64,000 nucleotides of DNA from Candidatus Bathyarchaeota archaeon (GTDB taxonomy: Archaea > Thermoproteota > Bathyarchaeia > Bathyarchaeales > Bathycorpusculaceae): assembly GCA_963782525.1 (NCBI GenBank), contig CAWAKC010000005.1, forward strand, positions 57,385-121,384, given 5' to 3'. A model generated the notes under the pieces. The model was not told the DNA's origin. It did no database searches and saw only the letters and a program-made list of their open reading frames with translations. This document shows positions 48,712 through 58,519 of this stretch, one piece after another. A program made the translations under genes and the position numbers. How positions within the stretch are numbered: the stretch's first letter is position 1; every line of letters begins with the position of its first letter.

Positions 48712-49481
48712 CGGAGTAGTTCCTCAACGACAGCTTTCAAATCGTCTGTTCCAGTTAACTTGAGGAAGATATCTTCTAAGCCTGAGTTGGGCAAGCTTGC
48801 TCTCTGTCTTAACTCGTTCATGTTGCCCAAGGCTAAGATGTTGCCTTGGTACATGATGCCGATGCGGTCGCACACTGCCTCAGCGATTTCTAGAACGTGT
48901 GTTGACAGAATGGTTGTTATGCCCTGCATTTTTAGCTCATGCAGGAAGTCTTTGACGATTCTTGCGCTTCTAGGGTCCAATGTGTTCAGAGGTTCGTCGA
49001 GGATTAAGAGTTTTGGTTTGTGGAGAAACGCTGAGATTAAACTGATTTTCTTTTTCATGCCGTCCGAGTAGCTGTTTATCATATCGCCTTCTCTTCCCTC
49101 AAGCTGAAGCGCTTTGAGGTACTCGGTTATGCGCTGTTGCTTCTCAATATTTGGCATACCATAAATGTCGCCGATGAAGTCGAGATATTCAATCCCAGTT
49201 AAAAACTCGTATATTTCAGGCGACTCGGGAACGTAGCCAACCTGTTGCTTAACTGCAATGGGGTCTTTTTGAACATCAATCCCCAAAACGCTGATGGAGC
49301 CTGCAGTAGGCTGAACTAATCCTAACAACATTTTTAGGGTTGTGGATTTTCCTGAACCGTTAGGTCCTAACAAAGCGAAGATTTCGCCTGTGTTCAGGGT
49401 TAGGTTCATGTTGTTTACGGCTACTATTTCGTTGTAGCGTTTTGTTACGTTGTGAAGTTCAACTGCGTATGGACTGCTCAT
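48708..49481 (-). CDS. ABC transporter ATP-binding protein
   Basis: GPNGSGKS, YSDGM, ILDEP, STH; start set at MSSPY. Confidence 0.95.
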   Translation of the reverse strand: MSSPYAVELHNVTKRYNEIVAVNNMNLTLNTGEIFALLGPNGSGKSTTLKMLLGLVQPTAGSISVLGIDVQKDPIAVKQQVGYVPESPEIYEFLTGIEYLDFIGDIYGMPNIEKQQRITEYLKALQLEGREGDMINSYSDGMKKKISLISAFLHKPKLLILDEPLNTLDPRSARIVKDFLHELKMQGITTILSTHVLEIAEAVCDRIGIMYQGNILALGNMNELRQRASLPNSGLEDIFLKLTGTDDLKAVVEELLR

Positions 49482-49610
49482 CTGGTTGCTCCCCCGCTTG
49501 CAAATAGAAAGCATCGATATTTAAGGCTAATGCGCATTTTCAGAAGTCTCTCAATTGTTGATTACAAAAAAATAGATGTTAAAAAGAAAAAACAAAATTT
49601 TTCTTTGCCC

Positions 49611-50048
49611 TTATTTGAAGTTCAGTTCAAAGCTTATGGGAACTGCTTCGCCCCAAGACTGCCGAATTGGGCAAATCTTCTGCGCCATTCCGTAGACTGT
49701 GGTGGCTTTCTTGCGTTCGCGTTCGTTATCGTTTTCTAAGGCAACGTTCATGTTGAAGTGTACGTTTGTGAAAATCAGTTTTTCCATGCCTTCCACGTTC
49801 ATCTTTACGTTTGCGATGGTTTCCAAGTTTTTGAGTCCTAACTGGCTATTCTTAGCAATCAAGAGAAACAGCGTATTGATGCATGAAGCTAAAGCCGCAG
49901 CGAATATGTCTTCTGGTACGCAGTAGCCTTCTTTTCCTCCAAACGATGGGGGTGGACTGACCGTTACTATTTTTTTGCCTTTGATTGATAATTCGCATTC
50001 GGTTGATCCTTTCCATGTAGCGGTTCCTTCAAAATTCATTTCTGGCAT
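49611..50048 (-). CDS. OsmC-family protein
   Basis: PPPSFGG...PEDIFAAALASC...CPI. Confidence 0.9.
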   Translation of the reverse strand: MPEMNFEGTATWKGSTECELSIKGKKIVTVSPPPSFGGKEGYCVPEDIFAAALASCINTLFLLIAKNSQLGLKNLETIANVKMNVEGMEKLIFTNVHFNMNVALENDNERERKKATTVYGMAQKICPIRQSWGEAVPISFELNFK

Positions 50049-50215
50049 TAAAAATCTCCATAATTGTATAGTGGGGGTGCAAATTTAATGTTGTGGAATT
50101 TCTTTTCAAGATGCTAAGTTAGCCAAGACGGCACCTTCACAGTTGAACTCCCAAGTTAATTTTTGTCAAATAATCCTTAAATCTGCGTTATCTTTCATTG
50201 CTAAAGAGAAATCTC

Positions 50216-51205
50216 ATGCCCGCCGTAATTGAAACCCGCCAACTAACAAAATCTTACGGTCAACTAAAAGCAGTGGACGAATTAACCTTAACAGTTGAAT
50301 CTAAAGAGGTGTTTGGGCTTCTGGGTCCAAACGGCGCAGGCAAAACAACCGCCATATCCATGCTCTGCACTATTCTTCCGCCAACATCTGGCTCTGCAAC
50401 AGTTAACGGCTTTGACATCGTTCGGGAAGCCAACAAAGTCAGAAAATCCATAGGCATAGTCTTCCAAGACCCAAGCATAGATGACCGCTTAACGGGGCGG
50501 GAAAACCTCTACATGCACGCTAACCTCTACGGTGTTCCAGCGTCAGAGCAGAAAGAACGTATAAACCGAATCTTAAAACTGGTGGAGCTGGAGGATAGAG
50601 CGGATGATTTGCTTCGAACCTACTCAGGCGGCATGCGTCGCAGGCTGGAGCTTGGTCGAGGTTTAATCCATTACCCTAAAGTATTGTTTTTAGATGAGCC
50701 AACGGTGGGTTTGGACCCGCAAACCAGAGATCATATCTGGAAATATATTAAGGAACTCAAAGAAACCCACGACATCACGGTGGTTTTAACTACTCATTAC
50801 ATGGATGAAGCCGACAGGCTCTCCGACCGCATAGGCATTATTGACCATGGGAAAATGGTTATTTTAGATACGCCCTCCAAACTTAAGGATACGCTTGAAG
50901 GAGACGTCGTGGTAGTTAGAGCAAATGACCTCGATGGCCTATCGGGGTTTGTGGCTAAATGGTTAGGGTTTTCCAATACAACGATTGTTGATGGTGCATT
51001 AGAAATAACGGTTCGCAACGGACGAGCAGTCCTGCCCCGCATCATGGAGCTAGCCACTCAAAATAACATCTACGTGGAATCAATACTTCTGCGTGAACCT
51101 AACCTTGAAGACGTCTTCCTTCATTATACTGGACGAAACATTCGCGAAGACACAAGTAAAGAACTACATGGAGCATCTGCTGCTCGAAGGAGGGCAATAA
51201 GATGA
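50216..51205 (+). CDS. ABC exporter ATP-binding protein (DrrA-like)
   Basis: GPNGAGKT, YSGGMRRRLE, LDEPT, PNLEDVFLHYTG. Confidence 0.95.
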   Translation: MPAVIETRQLTKSYGQLKAVDELTLTVESKEVFGLLGPNGAGKTTAISMLCTILPPTSGSATVNGFDIVREANKVRKSIGIVFQDPSIDDRLTGRENLYMHANLYGVPASEQKERINRILKLVELEDRADDLLRTYSGGMRRRLELGRGLIHYPKVLFLDEPTVGLDPQTRDHIWKYIKELKETHDITVVLTTHYMDEADRLSDRIGIIDHGKMVILDTPSKLKDTLEGDVVVVRANDLDGLSGFVAKWLGFSNTTIVDGALEITVRNGRAVLPRIMELATQNNIYVESILLREPNLEDVFLHYTGRNIREDTSKELHGASAARRRAIR

Positions 51206-51972
51206 GTGAAATCCGCGGATTCTACACGTTGTGGCTTAGGGAAATTAAGCGGTTCTACCGTGATCGAACCCGTCTGGTAACCAGTTTCATTCAACCCCTG
51301 TTGTGGCTTGTCATTTTCGCCGCTGCCTTCAGTACACGCTTCCTCTTGCCTGCGAACCTAAATTATCAACAAGTCATTTTACCAGGCATAATCGGCCAGA
51401 CCCTGCTTTTCACTGCTATGTTCATGGGCATAAACGTTATTTGGGACAAAGAATTCGGCTTCATGAAAGAAATCTTAGTTTCACCTGTTTCACGCTTCAC
51501 TATTTTCCTAGGAAAAATGGTTGGCGACAGTACAGATGCTCTTTTGCAGGGAATCGTAGTTTTCGTCATAGGCTTAGCATTAGGCATCCCGATTAATCCC
51601 ATTACTTTTTTTTACGCGCTACCCATTATGTTGCTCATCACTTTTGGTTTAGTTAGCATCGGATTAATAATCGCAAGTTTCATGGGCAACCTTGAAGGTT
51701 TTGGCGCCATTCAAACATTCGTAAATTTACCCTTGTTCTTTTTGAGCGGTGCATTGTTTCCCCTTAAAGGCGGTAACCTTCCAAGCTGGCTAGTAGATAT
51801 AGCAGCGTGGAACCCATTAACTTATGGTGTGGACGCTTTGAGAAATGTTACGTTGGGTGCAGCTTGGGCGCCTCTTCAGATCCAGCCTTTGTGGGTTGAC
51901 CTAGGCGTTGTTGCTCTCTTTGACGTCCTCATGATTGTCGTTGGCACTTGGGCGTTTACGAGAATGAAATAA
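51202..51972 (+). CDS. ABC-2 type exporter permease
   Basis: WDKEFGFMKEILVSP, NPLTYGVDALR. Confidence 0.93.
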   Translation: MSEIRGFYTLWLREIKRFYRDRTRLVTSFIQPLLWLVIFAAAFSTRFLLPANLNYQQVILPGIIGQTLLFTAMFMGINVIWDKEFGFMKEILVSPVSRFTIFLGKMVGDSTDALLQGIVVFVIGLALGIPINPITFFYALPIMLLITFGLVSIGLIIASFMGNLEGFGAIQTFVNLPLFFLSGALFPLKGGNLPSWLVDIAAWNPLTYGVDALRNVTLGAAWAPLQIQPLWVDLGVVALFDVLMIVVGTWAFTRMK

Positions 51973-52021
51973 ACTGCCCAAAAGTTTCAAATTTTCGGTT
52001 GGCTTAAGTGAAAAAGGAAGT

Positions 52022-52306
52022 TTATTTGTTCGTCATTTCGTTGATTTGTTGCTCCATAGCGTGTCCACGACAGAAAACGACGGCTTTCTTCACGCCTGGA
52101 ACTGACTTCGCCGCATCCCTTATGTCCGCTGAGAGCTTGAAGGCAATTGGGCAGAATGGACTTGTGGGAACAAATTCAACGGTAACTTCGCCCGGGGCAG
52201 TTTCTTTTACGCTTTGGATCATCTGCATTTCTTCAAAGCTCTGACCGGTTTCGGGATCCTGGACTTTTCCAACTTCTACACGTACTTTATCTTCAAGTTC
52301 AGTCAT
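52022..52306 (-). CDS. DUF59 / Fe-S cluster assembly (SufT-like) protein
   Basis: VQDPE...PTSPFCP. Confidence 0.88.
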   Translation of the reverse strand: MTELEDKVRVEVGKVQDPETGQSFEEMQMIQSVKETAPGEVTVEFVPTSPFCPIAFKLSADIRDAAKSVPGVKKAVVFCRGHAMEQQINEMTNK

Positions 52307-52393
52307 AAATTAAACCTCAATTTGCTCAAAGAATATGAAGCTGAAATGCCATATAAACTGATTGATAAAGTTAAAGTGCCCTTGGTGTCTGAT

Positions 52394-52813
52394 TTGACGT
52401 TTGATGAATTCTGCATATTCTGCAAAATCGTTCGTAAACAAGCGCCATCAAGCGTAATCTATGAAGACAACACAATCTTAGTTTTCCTCGACATTCGACC
52501 ACTAAACATGGGGCACACGCTAGTGATTCCGAAAGCGCACTACGTTGACATCTTTGACATCCCTGAAAAAGAGCTAAGCCAAATGTACAAAGTCGCTAAA
52601 CAGGTATCGTTTGCTGTCAAAAAAGCCACCAACGCTGATGGCATAAGTATAATCCAGCAGAACGGCAAAGCTGCAGGGCAAGACATATTTCACATACATG
52701 TTCACGTGGTCCCAAGGTTTGAGGGGCAAAAACTGCCTCCTTTCAGCGAGCTCAAAGAAGTTGAAAGAGCTAAATTGGATGCGCTGGCAAGTAAGATAAA
52801 ACAACAACTGTAA
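52394..52813 (+). CDS. HIT-family nucleotide hydrolase
   Basis: CIFCKIV, GHTLVIPK, AGQDIFHIHVHVVPR; start set at TTG 52394. Confidence 0.95.
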   Translation: MTFDEFCIFCKIVRKQAPSSVIYEDNTILVFLDIRPLNMGHTLVIPKAHYVDIFDIPEKELSQMYKVAKQVSFAVKKATNADGISIIQQNGKAAGQDIFHIHVHVVPRFEGQKLPPFSELKEVERAKLDALASKIKQQL

Positions 52814-52856
52814 ATTGGATTAAAAAGTGTGGGGCCTGAGTAATTATCAGGTTATT

Positions 52857-53293
52857 TTACATTGGTTTTTCCAGGGTAACCATCTTTGGCATCAACACTC
52901 TATCTATGGCATGGCAAACTCCGTTGTCCACAACTTGGTCGGCTTTGATGATGTTTGCATCGTTAACCTTTATGTTTCTATGTAGGTGCCAGCTTTTAGC
53001 GTCAATTCTAAGTTCTCCGCCATTAAGCGCCTGCAAATACTCATGCTCTTTTAAGTCTGCAGCCATCATTTTTCCTTCCACAACGTGGAAAGTCAAAACG
53101 TCTTTCAATTTCATTGGGTCTTTCATTAGCATGTCCATGTCTGCTTTAGGTATCTTGTTGAATGCTTCATCTGTGGGTGCAAAAACTGTGAATGGACCTG
53201 ACCTTTCAATGTGTCAACGAGTCCTGCGGCTTTTAAGGCGTCCGCAAGTTTATTCATACCTGATGCCATTGCGGCGTCAACAATATCCGGCAA
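52857..53293 (-). pseudogene. Fasciclin (FAS1) domain protein with a 1-nt frameshift
   Basis: MPDIVDAA..LKAAGLVDTLKG / GPFTVFAPTDEAF..FHVV..NGVCHAIDRVL; span 437 nt; SD GGAGGTGA. Confidence 0.85.
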
Positions 53294-53418
53294 AAATTTC
53301 ACCTCCCCTACAGTTGGGTTCTAAAAATCGCTACATGTACAATGGACGAAATACACTATAAACCTTGCTCATCAGGGTGTTACTCGGAAAATTATAGTCC
53401 TCTTACATAAGAGCTAAC

Positions 53419-54504
53419 TTACGAGTGAACCATTAATTGACTTATCCGCAGAATCAAGAATTCGGCTGGTTTAATGGGTGCCGCACCCACGAGAATTAGT
53501 AATCGTCCGCTGTCGATGTCATTTTGGGTCATCGTGATATTTCGATCACAGTTGACAAAATAGGCTTCCTGCGGTTTGACGCCCATTAACATGCCATTCT
53601 TCCATGTTTGCGTCAAGAAGGACTCGACTGAAGCCTTAATTTTAGCCCAAGTTGACTCATTGTTGGGTTCAAAAACTGCCCACGCTGTTCCCTTCTTGAT
53701 TGACTGTTCAAGATAAATCAGCAGCCTACAAACGCTAACATATTTTCTCTCAGCGTCGCTTGAAAGGGTTCTGGCGCCCCACACAAGTATGCCTTTGCCT
53801 GCAAAGTTGCGGATACAATTTATGCCTTGTAGGTTGAGGCTGTCTTGCTGATATGATTCCATTGTTAATTCCAAATCAACTGCACCCTTAACCAGTTGAT
53901 TTGCTGGCGCCTTATTGACTCCCATTTCAATATCTGTATGGGCATAAATTCCTGCGACGTGACCACCTGGCGGAACCAAACGCAATGGGCCTATATCAGC
54001 TTCTCTAACGTAAATCCATGGATAATACAACGTGGCAAACGAAGAATCGGCTGGTTTGCTTACGCTGGATGGGTCTTGTCCCTTGATTGAATCTAAAATA
54101 GCAAATCTGTTCCTTAACCGCTCACAATGGCTGATCAACGCAGCGGCTAATCCTGGTGTGGCTTGAGCGTTTGGAGTGTAAACGATTGAAACTTCCTCAA
54201 GCTTTTCCAGTAGGGTAAGAGCAGCCGCGTAATCAGAATTGGTTACCTTACACACGTAACATCGTTTTCCACCGTTGAGAAAAAAGCCTTCAACAGTATA
54301 AGGCATGAATTTGTCGGATCCAAAATAACTGCCGAAAATCTGTTGATATTGCTTCCAACTTGTGATTAACGTGAGTGCGTTTGGTCCAATCTGGGTTTCT
54401 CCCAAAAAAGCCGTCGTACTTGTGCTTACTCCCTCGATTGATTGAGGCTGAAGATTAATGTTTTGAACATAAACTCCAGGCGATTTTATGGTAAAGCGAC
54501 TCAT
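53419..54504 (-). CDS. Contractile tail sheath protein (phage/eCIS family)
   Basis: SPGVYV, TAFLG, GFFLNGG, YYPW, VPPGGHVAG, KAPAN, GINCIR, VWGARTL, AVFEPN, KPAEF. Confidence 0.93.
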   Translation of the reverse strand: MSRFTIKSPGVYVQNINLQPQSIEGVSTSTTAFLGETQIGPNALTLITSWKQYQQIFGSYFGSDKFMPYTVEGFFLNGGKRCYVCKVTNSDYAAALTLLEKLEEVSIVYTPNAQATPGLAAALISHCERLRNRFAILDSIKGQDPSSVSKPADSSFATLYYPWIYVREADIGPLRLVPPGGHVAGIYAHTDIEMGVNKAPANQLVKGAVDLELTMESYQQDSLNLQGINCIRNFAGKGILVWGARTLSSDAERKYVSVCRLLIYLEQSIKKGTAWAVFEPNNESTWAKIKASVESFLTQTWKNGMLMGVKPQEAYFVNCDRNITMTQNDIDSGRLLILVGAAPIKPAEFLILRISQLMVHS

Positions 54505-54957
54505 GTCTAGCTTTAAGAGGTCGGCGGTTTTTGAGGATATTGGTACCTATACTGATTGTCGTTTTTTTCCAACTTTGTTTTGGACTAATTCTGACGCAAA
54601 AATAAAACAGATTATTTTTGTTTATCTTTAAGATGATGGGTTTTTAATATTTTGGGCAAACCGAGTTTAAGAACGATTGCTTAGTAGATTTTGCAACGCC
54701 ATCTTGTTTCTTGTATAGTTCGATTGCTAAAATGCCTATTTTGCTTTTTTAAAAATTGTCAGACAGCATGTTGATGTGCAGATTTTGGGGATGGTTTTGT
54801 TTTGAAATATGCAACAGTCAATGTGCAAAATTGTGTTTGCAGCAGCATCAGCAGCAACTTCAACTTCTCCCGGTCCCTCGTAACCATCCAGGAAAAGCCA
54901 TGACTGCCCTGAGTAGCTCCCTACTTATAGGGTTGAATACATATATCTAAAATTTTC

Positions 54958-55365
54958 TCAGGTTGGCGGTCTTTTTTGTGCATATTGGTATCGGCGTGGT
55001 TTACCTATGCGAGTTAGTATGTTGTCTTTGACCAAGTCTACGAGTGCGTGGGCGACTGCGGTGCGGTCGTAATGGAAGCCTTTGCGTGCGAGTTCGGTGT
55101 GGACGTCGTCTAAGCCTCTTGGCTCCGTGAACCAGTTGTCTTCCCAAAGTTTCTGGATTACTCCTCGGCAGGTTTCGGCTCTGGGTAGGGATGCTGGTCG
55201 CTCGTTGGCTTGTGTGATGTTTAGGTTTTTTGAGTGTTCGGTGACGGTGGTGAGGATTTGGTTGACTGCGGTTTGGATTTGGTCGGGTTGTGCGTCTATT
55301 TCGAACTCAATTTCCCCTATTTTCATCTTTACGTGTATTGGTGGGTTTTGCGGTTTTTCTGTCAA
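54958..55365 (-). CDS. Hypothetical protein with probable C-terminal winged helix
   Basis: VKMKIGEIEFE N-domain; LDDVHTEL..YDRTAVAHALVDLVKDNILTRIG..RRYQY; start set at TTG 55365. Confidence 0.7.
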   Translation of the reverse strand: MTEKPQNPPIHVKMKIGEIEFEIDAQPDQIQTAVNQILTTVTEHSKNLNITQANERPASLPRAETCRGVIQKLWEDNWFTEPRGLDDVHTELARKGFHYDRTAVAHALVDLVKDNILTRIGKPRRYQYAQKRPPT

Positions 55366-55458
55366 GTTCTCACTTGTTGTATATTGAATTGTGCAAGATG
55401 TACATGCACAATACTTAAATATTTCACCAATAAAGATATTGAATATTGGTGAATTCAC

Positions 55459-56529
55459 TTGATTGAACAATATACAACCACTAACAAATATAACTTTCCA
55501 CAACCAACCATCGACTCAATCCTTCCCCAACGGTTTTTCGAACAAAGCATCAACACTCTAAAACAAGTTCGATATTCTCCTGTGCAACTTGGCCAGCAAA
55601 TCCAACGATTCAGCCCAACCGAACAATATCCCCACAACATACAATTAAAACCAACCCCCATCCCCCTAAAACCCAACCACCAAGAAACCCTAGTCGCCGC
55701 CATCGACACCTCAACCATAAAAATAGGCGAAACCACCACAGGCATAATAGTTGCAATCCGGGGAGCAACAACTTGGAAACAAAACGGCGGCTACAAATAC
55801 ACTCGATTAGGACCATTTATCTTCCACATTACCGAAGATAACAAAAACCAACTATACAACACGCTCGAACGCGCTTATTTTAGCACCACTTACGGGACTT
55901 GTCACCAAGCATCTCCAAATATCCTGCAGATGCCAACACGACTCGCCAGCTTACTGGAACGTTGGCTGCAAACTATGCTTGCCAAAACCGTACAGAATGG
56001 CGTCTTACTCTTCGACGGCTCACTCACCGCAGGAACCCCTGAAACCCCAACCCAACGCCTCAGAGAAATCCTCAGCTATGCAAGGAGAAACCAGAGCACT
56101 GTTTTGGCATTTTCAAAAGCAACCACTTTGAGGGCTAATGGTTTGCTGATAACTGAACAGTTGCCCAATCGTGACCCGCCATACTTGCTGGAAACCGCGG
56201 GGATGCATTCTAGGCCACCTATGATGCTTCTGGGGGATGTTTACGTGGCACGATTAAACAAGGCAAATTTAGCGTTTAGACTGGATGTTGATAGGGATCT
56301 ACCATTTGAGCAAAGAATGGATGCCATCCAAAAACTGTTGGGCAACGACCTCTACACGCAAAGCTACCCAGAAACCCTCAGACTCTCCCATATCCTCTGC
56401 ACATTCACCGCCAACGAGGTCTACGCAATCAAACACTTTATCACCCGTAAACACGGCATTCAAATCGTCAACCGACCCGACATGCACAAAATCCTCTTCG
56501 GCTCCTACGGATTCAAAGGAGAAAATTAG
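55459..56529 (+). CDS. NurA-family nuclease
   Basis: VAAIDTS, LLFDGSL, AFSKAT, RLD, YPETLRLSH. Confidence 0.8.
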   Translation: MIEQYTTTNKYNFPQPTIDSILPQRFFEQSINTLKQVRYSPVQLGQQIQRFSPTEQYPHNIQLKPTPIPLKPNHQETLVAAIDTSTIKIGETTTGIIVAIRGATTWKQNGGYKYTRLGPFIFHITEDNKNQLYNTLERAYFSTTYGTCHQASPNILQMPTRLASLLERWLQTMLAKTVQNGVLLFDGSLTAGTPETPTQRLREILSYARRNQSTVLAFSKATTLRANGLLITEQLPNRDPPYLLETAGMHSRPPMMLLGDVYVARLNKANLAFRLDVDRDLPFEQRMDAIQKLLGNDLYTQSYPETLRLSHILCTFTANEVYAIKHFITRKHGIQIVNRPDMHKILFGSYGFKGEN

Positions 56530-56531
56530 CC

Positions 56532-57992
56532 ATGAAGCTCTACAAGAAAGAGGGAAATATTCTGGAGGTCATCAGTTTCCCTACGGAGAGCGCAGAAAAA
56601 GGCGATTACCTGCTTGTCGAGGATGCAGATGCCGCCAAAGCCTTAATTGCACAAGTAATCGACGTACAATTCGCTGCGGTGCCAGGCGTTTTGGAGGAGC
56701 TTTTGCGGACGCTACCTGACGGTGGTGAACCGTTGCAGGGCGAAGACATCGACCCTATGGAAATCGCTCCTCATATCACCTACATTCAAGATGCAAGCCT
56801 GCTAATCTGCAAGATCAGGGCAACATTGGAAAACGAAATGCTTAGTCCAAGCAGCAGCTGGCTACCTTCCCGCTCACAATCCACAATCAAGAAACTCTCT
56901 ATACCCGTGCTTTTGAAACTTGCAAAGGTTGACGGAAAACTGCCTATAACGTTAGGCGGAACCAAAGACTCATCACTCCTCACCATCGACGCCTCATCAA
57001 TCGATGGCACCCTAAACATCATCACTGGCAAAAAGGGCTGCGGGAAATCACACCTCAGCAAACTCCTAATGGTCAACCTCGTCGGTTACAAAGCAACCGT
57101 CGTCATTTTTGACTTAAACGGCGAGTACAGCAGCCTCGGCATGACCAACGACGGCAAAAGAAACATGTATTATAATAAAATCCACACCCTAACGCCGTCA
57201 CAGAACTTCAAAGTGGCGCTCGAGCAATTGCCCCTAAACACAGTTATGGGAATTTTAGTTAACGCATTGCATTTGCCGGGAACATCAGCCCGCGAATTTA
57301 GGCGTCTTTGGAAAATGCTCAAAGAGCAAGGCAAGTTAAATATGCAGAATTTGGGAGAGGCGATCCGCGACCTGAACTGTAACCAGCATGTGCGAGATGC
57401 GTTGGCGTCGCGTTTTCATTCGTTTGCTAACTCAGGGTTCTTCACTGATTGTTTGGGTGAATCGACTTTGCTTGATGAGAGCATTTTGATATCTAAAGAT
57501 AGCGGTGGCGCTATCGTCGTCAACCTCAAGAATACTTCCAACATTGACCGCCAAATCGTGGTTGAGTACGTTCTAGGTAAACTCGTTGATTCGCTATCCA
57601 ACTGGAAACTCAAAGCCGTCTTCCTATTCGCCGAAGAAGCCCATCTGTACCTACGGGAAACCTACTGGGATGACATCGTCACACGCATGCGCCACTACGG
57701 CATCTTCACTACATTCATCACCAACCAGCCAGATACTATCCAAGAAACCATCTACCGCCAAGCTGACAACATCTTCCTTTTCAACTTCACAAACGAACAT
57801 GACCTTGACGTGGTTTCGAGAGCAGCACGCGTAGATGCAGAAACAGTTCGGGCAATCGCACGCGATTTACCGCCCCACCATTGCTTAACTTTAGGTAAGG
57901 TTGTTCGAGATTTTCCCATTGTAGCCCGAGTGAGAGCCTTGGACATTAAAACGCTGGGTGAAACACGCCTGTTCTTTACTGATAAGAATTAG
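56532..57992 (+). CDS. HerA-family (DUF87) ATPase/helicase
   Basis: HAS-barrel-like N-terminus; GKKGCGKS; FDLNGEY; AEEAH; RMRHYG; ITNQP. Confidence 0.88.
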   Translation: MKLYKKEGNILEVISFPTESAEKGDYLLVEDADAAKALIAQVIDVQFAAVPGVLEELLRTLPDGGEPLQGEDIDPMEIAPHITYIQDASLLICKIRATLENEMLSPSSSWLPSRSQSTIKKLSIPVLLKLAKVDGKLPITLGGTKDSSLLTIDASSIDGTLNIITGKKGCGKSHLSKLLMVNLVGYKATVVIFDLNGEYSSLGMTNDGKRNMYYNKIHTLTPSQNFKVALEQLPLNTVMGILVNALHLPGTSAREFRRLWKMLKEQGKLNMQNLGEAIRDLNCNQHVRDALASRFHSFANSGFFTDCLGESTLLDESILISKDSGGAIVVNLKNTSNIDRQIVVEYVLGKLVDSLSNWKLKAVFLFAEEAHLYLRETYWDDIVTRMRHYGIFTTFITNQPDTIQETIYRQADNIFLFNFTNEHDLDVVSRAARVDAETVRAIARDLPPHHCLTLGKVVRDFPIVARVRALDIKTLGETRLFFTDKN

Positions 57993-58413
57993 CTTTCTCA
58001 AGTTTTTCCCTATTTTCCCTAAAGAAAACACGAAAAGAAGCAGTCAAATTATAATTTTCTACCTCATCAAATGGCACCCAACGCAACTCCTCAGCATCAC
58101 TTGCAGCTTGGATGTTGCCTGCTTTGACGTGGACGAGGTAGTCGATGATGATGTAGTGGTATTTTACTTTTCCATGCTCATCCAAATCCACGTTATCAAC
58201 CACATCGATTAGTTGAGGGTTTTCGACGTCGAGGAGGGTTTCTTCTTCGGTTTCACGGATAACAGCAGTTTCGAGGTTTTCTCCGAGTTCTACTAAGCCG
58301 CCTGGAATGGTCCATTTTCCTTTGCTGGGTTCGTTGCCCCGTTTTATCAGTGCGATTTTGCCGTCTTGGATTATGACTGCGCCGATGCCTACGACTGGTT
58401 GGTCTGGGTACAA
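57976..58413 (-). CDS. NUDIX hydrolase
   Basis: GGLVELGENLETAVIRETEEETLL Nudix box. Confidence 0.93.
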   Translation of the reverse strand: MYPDQPVVGIGAVIIQDGKIALIKRGNEPSKGKWTIPGGLVELGENLETAVIRETEEETLLDVENPQLIDVVDNVDLDEHGKVKYHYIIIDYLVHVKAGNIQAASDAEELRWVPFDEVENYNLTASFRVFFRENREKLEKANSYQ

Positions 58414-58519
58414 ACGTTTTACTATTGAAAAGCCTCAGGATAACGATATGTTGGTCTTGCTTAAAACTGATGTGGGTTAATAAAAAAATAAAAAAGGAAA
58501 AGTTGGGGGTGTAGAGCGC

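Noticed and set aside
52214-52393. N-terminal extension of the HIT protein
   Set aside because: Overlaps the divergent DUF59 gene and promoter; the HIT domain starts at CIFC
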